A DNA stretch of 10,062 bases from a plasmid: sequence record NZ_CP087609.1; one strand, written 5' to 3'. How positions within the stretch are numbered: the stretch's first letter is position 1; each line of letters begins with the position of its first letter. The position numbers and the translations under genes are program-made. The notes below the pieces were generated by a model that searched no databases, had not been told where the DNA came from, and was given only the letters and a program-made list of their open reading frames with translations. Shown piece after piece: positions 6,873-10,062 of this stretch.

Positions 6873-7022
6873 CTACTGAACCGCGATCCCCGTCAGTTCA
6901 GAGGAGGACGATGGTGCCACCGTTCCGCCCTGAACATCCCGGATATAATTTGCCTGACATGCGGCCAGAAGAAAGCCAGCAACAATCAATATAAAAAGAA
7001 AAATAGTCTTTACCTTTTTCAT
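6873..7022 (-). CDS. Bacteriocin release (lysis) lipoprotein, 49-aa precursor. It is not in the supplied ORF track.
   Basis: My minus-strand translation is [49 protein letters not shown]. The lipobox LLAAC, the mature 28-aa peptide and the overall sequence match colicin and cloacin BRP/lysis proteins as I recall them. An RBS AGGGAAAG precedes the ATG. Confidence 0.85.
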   Translation of the reverse strand: MKKVKTIFLFILIVAGFLLAACQANYIRDVQGGTVAPSSSSELTGIAVQ

Positions 7023-7042
7023 ATACTTTCCCTGTATTTAAA

Positions 7043-7075
7043 GACTCCGGCATTCATCCCTGAACACCGGAAGTC
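7043..7075 (-). terminator. Imperfect hairpin between the immunity and lysis genes. It is a possible partial terminator or attenuator limiting lysis-gene expression.
   Basis: The minus-strand RNA reads GACUUCCGG-(16 nt)-CCGGAGUC followed by UUUAAAU. The stem has one bulge and the U-tract is weak. Confidence 0.25.
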
Positions 7076-7106
7076 AGTATTTCAAATCATCCTTGATAAT
7101 TTTTTG

Positions 7107-7364
7107 TTACCAGTTACCGTCCCGATAATCAAAAGCTATATAACAATTATCCACATCAGGTTTTATTTGATTTTTAAAAAATGGCTGTAGTAAAGGAACC
7201 CATTCTTTCTTCAAATCAAACTCACCATTATTAATATTATCCTTTAAAGGCATTCCCAAGCTTTCAATGACAGAACCATCGTCACCAAAGTCTTTAGAAT
7301 ACTCTTCCCCTTTAAACTCTTCAGTTTTCTTATCAAACCATGTCAAACGTAATTTAAGCCCCAT
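7107..7364 (-). CDS. Immunity protein of the colicin E3/cloacin DF13 (rRNase) type, 85 aa.
   Basis: [43 protein letters not shown]...WVPLLQPFF...FDYRDGNW closely parallels my recollection of ImmE3 ([43 protein letters not shown]...FDYRDGDW). An RBS GAGAGG lies 9 nt after the bacteriocin stop. The gene is AT-rich. Confidence 0.9.
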   Translation of the reverse strand: MGLKLRLTWFDKKTEEFKGEEYSKDFGDDGSVIESLGMPLKDNINNGEFDLKKEWVPLLQPFFKNQIKPDVDNCYIAFDYRDGNW

Positions 7365-7373
7365 ATTTACCTC

Positions 7374-9059
7374 TCAAAGATATTTTTTAATGTTCCGTTT
7401 TGGATCTGGCCCTTTAACCTGCTTACCCGTTTTGGGATCAAATGCGCCTAGGTGTTCGCCATCACTGGCACGATACCCTTCAAGCTCACCGTGCTGGGAA
7501 TCCCATTCATAAATTTTACGTTTTTTATCGCCATACCATCGGGCCCGCTTACCACCACCACCTTGTTTAGGTGTTTTAGGATCACCTCGCTTTAACTCTC
7601 CAAGTCCCTTTATGTCTTCTGTTTTAGGTACTGGATGATAATCATGGCCGTAGTCTTTAGTCCCCTTGCGAGGCTTGTTCTTTTCCTCATTTAACTTATT
7701 TTCTGCATCCTTCGCTTTTTTCTCCTTTTGTTTCCGGCTCTCCATCGCCCCGGTAAGTGCAGCCTTATCTCTGGATAAGGATTCATTCATTGCGTTTAAA
7801 GATGCCTGAGCCGCTTTTAATTTCTCATTCTGATTCTGAATATCCTTATCAAGATAGCGAACCTGATCCTGCCACCCGGAGCCATATTCATGAGGCGGGT
7901 TATAAGTCACAAAATCATCTTTATTTGCCTCTGCCTCTTTTACCTTTTTATCGGCTTCCTGAACAGCAGCCCTTGCACCGGGGAGCGCCTTCTCTGTCGA
8001 TGCAATGCGGCTGTTTAAGGTCGCAATATTTTTATCTTCGGCATCCAGCTCAGCTTTCGCTTTATCATAGTCTCTTTTCAGCCCCTCTTCCGGATGAGCG
8101 GCGTCCCATGCCTGCTGGCGACGCTTTTCTTCCTCCTGACGCTGTTTTACCTGTGCCGGGGTAAGAACATCTGTCACCGACACATAAACCGGCTTCTGTC
8201 CGGTCTCTTTCGGGAAACGAATAACGGCCTCACGGGAGTTACCACCGGCTGTAAAACCAGCCGGACGTGAATCACCTTTTTCAGCAACAATGCCTTTTGG
8301 CGGGGCTTTCGCTGTCGGAACACCTTTCGGTACGCTCACCTGCAGAGACGGGAGACCCGGAATCGACACACTGAATACCCCCGGACGTTTTGTCGGTTTC
8401 GCATCCACCACAGGGACACTCATTGGCCGACCTGCGACAACCGCAATATGCTGCCGCTCATCCTTCACCACATCCACAACCCGTTGTCTGACACGAACCG
8501 TCGCCTGGTCCAGTGGTAAAGTACTTGCCGGAGTCTCCGTCACCGCATCGGCCGGTAATGACGTCATAATTTTTGACATCATTTTCGGATCATCTTTTGC
8601 AATCTCAGAAGGCAGCACACCGTAGATCGCAATCCCCCACAGACCAAACTTAAACGGCCCCTTCAGGGCAGCCAGCACATCAGCAACGGCGGCCGACAAC
8701 GCATCGCCGGAAACTGATAAAGCCAGTCCTTCAGCCCCCGGAGTAGCCAGGGCAGGCAGACCGAAGGCCATCGCAGTGGCCGAAGACTGTCCGCCACCAG
8801 AGCTACCGCTATGATTGCCGCTGTTACCACCATTACCACCGGGTTTACTCCCGCCGTTACCAAACTCCCCCGGATTATAGTTATGAATATCTCCATTCGG
8901 CGTATGCGTCGTACCCCAGCCCGGCCCGCTGTTTGGATCCGTACCACCACCTGATGAAGGGCCACCTTTACCAGACGTACCGTTCACATTCCCACTGGCC
9001 TGACCACCATTATGTCCCAGACCTGAATTACCCGGACCTCGACCGTCTCCACCACTCAT
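7374..9059 (-). CDS. Cloacin DF13-like bacteriocin, 561 aa. It has a glycine-rich N-terminal translocation domain, a central receptor-binding region and a C-terminal 16S-rRNase domain.
   Basis: The N-terminal roughly 100 aa are rich in G, S and N (MSGGDGRGPGNSGLGHNGGQASG...). The C-terminus ...DYGHDYHPVPKTEDIKGLGELKRGDPKTPKQGGGGKRARWYGDKKRKIYEWDSQHGELEGYRASDGEHLGAFDPKTGKQVKGPDPKRNIKKYL matches my recollection of the colicin E3 rRNase domain (...DYGHDYHPAPKTENIKGLGDLKPGIPKTPKQNGGGKRKRWTGDKGRKIYEWDSQHGELEGYRASDGQHLGSFDPKTGNQLKGPDPKRNIKKYL). The length equals that recalled for cloacin DF13. Confidence 0.9.
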   Translation of the reverse strand: MSGGDGRGPGNSGLGHNGGQASGNVNGTSGKGGPSSGGGTDPNSGPGWGTTHTPNGDIHNYNPGEFGNGGSKPGGNGGNSGNHSGSSGGGQSSATAMAFGLPALATPGAEGLALSVSGDALSAAVADVLAALKGPFKFGLWGIAIYGVLPSEIAKDDPKMMSKIMTSLPADAVTETPASTLPLDQATVRVRQRVVDVVKDERQHIAVVAGRPMSVPVVDAKPTKRPGVFSVSIPGLPSLQVSVPKGVPTAKAPPKGIVAEKGDSRPAGFTAGGNSREAVIRFPKETGQKPVYVSVTDVLTPAQVKQRQEEEKRRQQAWDAAHPEEGLKRDYDKAKAELDAEDKNIATLNSRIASTEKALPGARAAVQEADKKVKEAEANKDDFVTYNPPHEYGSGWQDQVRYLDKDIQNQNEKLKAAQASLNAMNESLSRDKAALTGAMESRKQKEKKAKDAENKLNEEKNKPRKGTKDYGHDYHPVPKTEDIKGLGELKRGDPKTPKQGGGGKRARWYGDKKRKIYEWDSQHGELEGYRASDGEHLGAFDPKTGKQVKGPDPKRNIKKYL

Positions 9060-9099
9060 ACCGTTTTCCTCTTTGACATTTAAAACAATAAATTAAAGC

Positions 9100-9165
9100 C
9101 AACATACTGTACATATACACAGTATAATTATTACCTTACTCCTCCCGTTTTCAGGTGTCAATATA
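9100..9165 (-). promoter_or_regulatory. SOS-regulated bacteriocin promoter. A LexA box lies at 9107-9122 inside a 20-bp palindrome, with a candidate -35 TTGACA at 9157-9162 on the minus strand.
   Basis: TACTGTacatatacACAGTA (9105-9124) contains CTGT-N8-ACAG and is a perfect 20-bp palindrome. On the minus strand TTGACA lies upstream and an AT-rich TAATAATTATACT region could provide the -10. The exact -10 cannot be fixed by eye. Confidence 0.6.
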
Positions 9166-9290
9166 TGAGATTAGTTCTCATCTTCAGGCACAAAAAAGCG
9201 CCCGGAGCCACCTGTAAGCAGATCGCGTCTTTTCCCGAAAATTTCTCATGGCAACAAATTTTATTATTTAAGACATTCATCACACTTACA

Positions 9291-9317
9291 TTTCAGATGG
9301 TATAGACACATCTGAAA
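9291..9317. promoter_or_regulatory. A 9-bp inverted repeat with a 9-nt loop in the intergenic region between the bacteriocin promoter and the 81-aa ORF. It is a candidate operator or RNA hairpin.
   Basis: The sequence is TTTCAGATG-gtatagaca-CATCTGAAA. The loop contains a TATAGA hexamer. Confidence 0.3.
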
Positions 9318-9385
9318 GCTAACTGGCATGAGGAGAGGACCTGCGGTTAAACTGTTCGGGAAACCTGAGACGCCCGGAGGCCACT

Positions 9386-9631
9386 ATGACGCACCTGAAA
9401 CTGACTCCCGCTGAAGAAAAGCGCCTGGCGGACGCCTTTGTCGCTCAGGCACTGGCCATGGGCCTGAAAGGGAACAAAACGCTGCCAAAGGCGGTAAAAC
9501 AACAGGTGCGGGAAAGGGTGCTTCGTGCCATTCAGGACGAACGTGAAGCCAGGCGGGCGCAGGAAATGCGTCGGGAGAAATACGAGGCTACGGAAACCAC
9601 CTTCACCTGGCAGCCACAGCGCCGCCGGTAA
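9386..9631 (+). CDS. Hypothetical 81-aa basic, helical protein of unknown function.
   Basis: GGAGG lies 7 nt upstream of the ATG. The sequence is rich in A, K, R and E and predicted helical (…VLRAIQDEREARRAQEMRREKYE…). It ends 5 nt before the Xer-site core. I recognise no family. Confidence 0.5.
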   Translation: MTHLKLTPAEEKRLADAFVAQALAMGLKGNKTLPKAVKQQVRERVLRAIQDEREARRAQEMRREKYEATETTFTWQPQRRR

Positions 9632-9636
9632 GGGGT

Positions 9637-9665
9637 ATTTACCATAACGTCGCATTGCCCGCACC
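9637..9665 (-). other. cer-like XerC/XerD plasmid multimer-resolution core site. Candidate accessory sequences, including an ARG-box-like TGCAT-N4-ATGCA at 9767-9780, lie at about 9666-9850.
   Basis: The minus strand reads GGTGCGGGCAA-TGCGACG-TTATGGTAAAT. The XerD arm is identical to ColE1 cer (TTATGGTAAAT). The XerC arm GGTGCGGGCAA can be compared with cer GGTGCGTACAA. By my count the central region is 7 bp. TGCATgcctATGCA about 100 bp to the XerC side resembles an ArgR box. Confidence 0.55.
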
Positions 9666-9904
9666 GCTCAGACGGTCTGAGGGCGTTTCCGGCGGCTACG
9701 GGATAAAACAGGCAACAAACCACCCGGAAAACCGCCGGAAACGCGCCCGGTAAATTGTAACCCGCTGCATGCCTATGCACGCAACTGCATGGCGGGCCGT
9801 TTGGTGTAAAAACGATACGATAAGCCGTGTTTATGTAAATGAACGTGGCCGTAAAGAGTGACAAATATACATGTAACATTTTTTACTGACAGGTCATCAA
9901 CCCG

Positions 9905-10062
9905 ATGCGTTTAATACCCTTTATCCTGCTGGCATTGTGCAGCCCCTTACTCCTGACGGCCTGTAAGCATTCCACCACCCAGCCGCCGAAAATTTATACT
10001 CTGGATAAGTCATCTAAAATCAGTAGCTACGCTGCGGCCATCAAGACCGCTGTTGAAATGCA
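9905..10062 (+). CDS. N-terminal part of a lipoprotein (signal peptide plus lipobox LLTAC). The ORF runs off the window end and continues in-frame into the TolA-III-like ORF at positions 2-214 if the ends are joined.
   Basis: The translation is MRLIPFILLALCSPLLLTACKHSTTQPPKIYTLDKSSKISSYAAAIKTAVEM.. with an open frame to the last base. 'SSYAAAIKTAVE' aligns with TolA '…NNYAGQIKSAIES…', which lies just upstream of the TolA segment matched by the ORF at the window start. The upstream RBS is weak. Confidence 0.6.
   Translation, partial: MRLIPFILLALCSPLLLTACKHSTTQPPKIYTLDKSSKISSYAAAIKTAVEM

Larger units (their letters stand above)
6100..6900. other. ColE1/pMB1-type origin of vegetative replication (oriV), with the RNA II to DNA transition near 6222-6226.
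   Basis: Long stretches are near-identical to the pMB1/pUC origin as I recall it (…GGCGTTTTTCCATAGGCTCCGCC…, …CGACAGGACT(A/T)TAAAGAT…, …CTCCTGTTCCGACCCTGCCG(C/T)TTACCGGATACCTGT…, …GCGCAGAAAAAAAGGATCTCAAGAAGATCCTTTGATCTTTTCTAC…). The plus strand here has the same orientation as the usual pUC ori listing. Confidence 0.9.

Noticed and set aside
6102-6879. ORFs of 68-166 aa across the replication origin (6102-6308, 6189-6494, 6301-6609, 6379-6879).
   Set aside because: The region is a ColE1-type oriV encoding RNA I and RNA II. ColE1 origins have no protein product and the translations are not protein-like.
6800-6994. A 64-aa plus-strand ORF.
   Set aside because: It is antisense to the clearly recognisable lysis lipoprotein gene and overlaps the RNA I terminator and RNA II promoter.
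7757-8965. ORFs at 7757-8164(+), 8290-8625(+), 8663-8965(-) and 7267-7512(+) inside or overlapping the bacteriocin and immunity genes.
   Set aside because: They lie in other frames of, or antisense to, the 561-aa bacteriocin and its immunity gene, which have strong family-level matches.
8700-9059. Repetitive GGN/GGC codon runs at the 5' end of the bacteriocin gene, which could be mistaken for a tandem or simple-sequence repeat.
   Set aside because: This is the glycine-rich translocation domain typical of E-type colicins and cloacin, and coding, not a repeat element.
9532-9879. A 115-aa minus-strand ORF and the 9347-9664(-) ORF.
   Set aside because: They overlap the 81-aa plus-strand gene and the Xer core and accessory region. 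They have no RBS and are Cys- and Arg-rich.
1-10062. Search for CRISPR arrays, tRNA or rRNA genes, IS elements or transposon inverted repeats, and integrase genes.
   Set aside because: No regularly spaced direct repeats, no tRNA-like cloverleaf candidates, no transposase-like ORFs and no terminal inverted repeats are evident. The architecture is fully accounted for by plasmid backbone modules.

Overview
This window reads as a complete, or nearly complete, small ColE1-type plasmid of the cloacin DF13 (CloDF13) kind. The two window ends appear to join in-frame inside one gene, which is why I infer it is circular. Every call below rests on my reading of the sequence and on recalled alignments; nothing was searched against a database.

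From left to right the window contains:
- 1-214: the 3' part of a TolA domain-III-like protein.
- 211-576: an exported stand-alone TonB C-terminal-domain protein.
- 751-1331: a CopG/ParD-like antitoxin and a ParE/RelE-family toxin, with a palindromic operator upstream.
- 1495-1923: a helix-turn-helix (HTH) DNA-binding protein with a coiled-coil tail.
- 1949-2128: rom/rop, ending in a bidirectional terminator.
- 2155-5387, minus strand: a high-GC mobilisation operon. It encodes a MobB-like type IV coupling protein (654 aa), a MobC-like MOBC-family relaxase (243 aa) and an uncharacterised 176-aa protein.
- about 5400-5940: a GC-rich, repeat- and hairpin-laden non-coding block, the likely oriT.
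- about 6100-6900: a ColE1/pMB1-type origin with RNA II on the minus strand and RNA I on the plus strand.
- 6873-9059, minus strand: an SOS-type bacteriocin operon. It holds a 561-aa glycine-rich 16S-rRNase bacteriocin (colicin E3/cloacin DF13 family), its 85-aa immunity protein and a 49-aa lysis lipoprotein absent from the ORF track. A palindromic LexA box sits in its promoter.
- 9386-9631: an 81-aa basic protein of unknown function.
- 9637-9665: a cer-like XerC/XerD site.
- 9905-10062: a lipoprotein N-terminus that continues in-frame into the TolA-like ORF at position 2.

The items most worth a second look are the TolA-III-like lipoprotein and periplasmic TonB-CTD pair, which may act as import decoys or an exclusion system, the oriT candidate architecture, the unknown 176-aa and 81-aa proteins, and the overlap between the bacteriocin operon terminator and the RNA II promoter.
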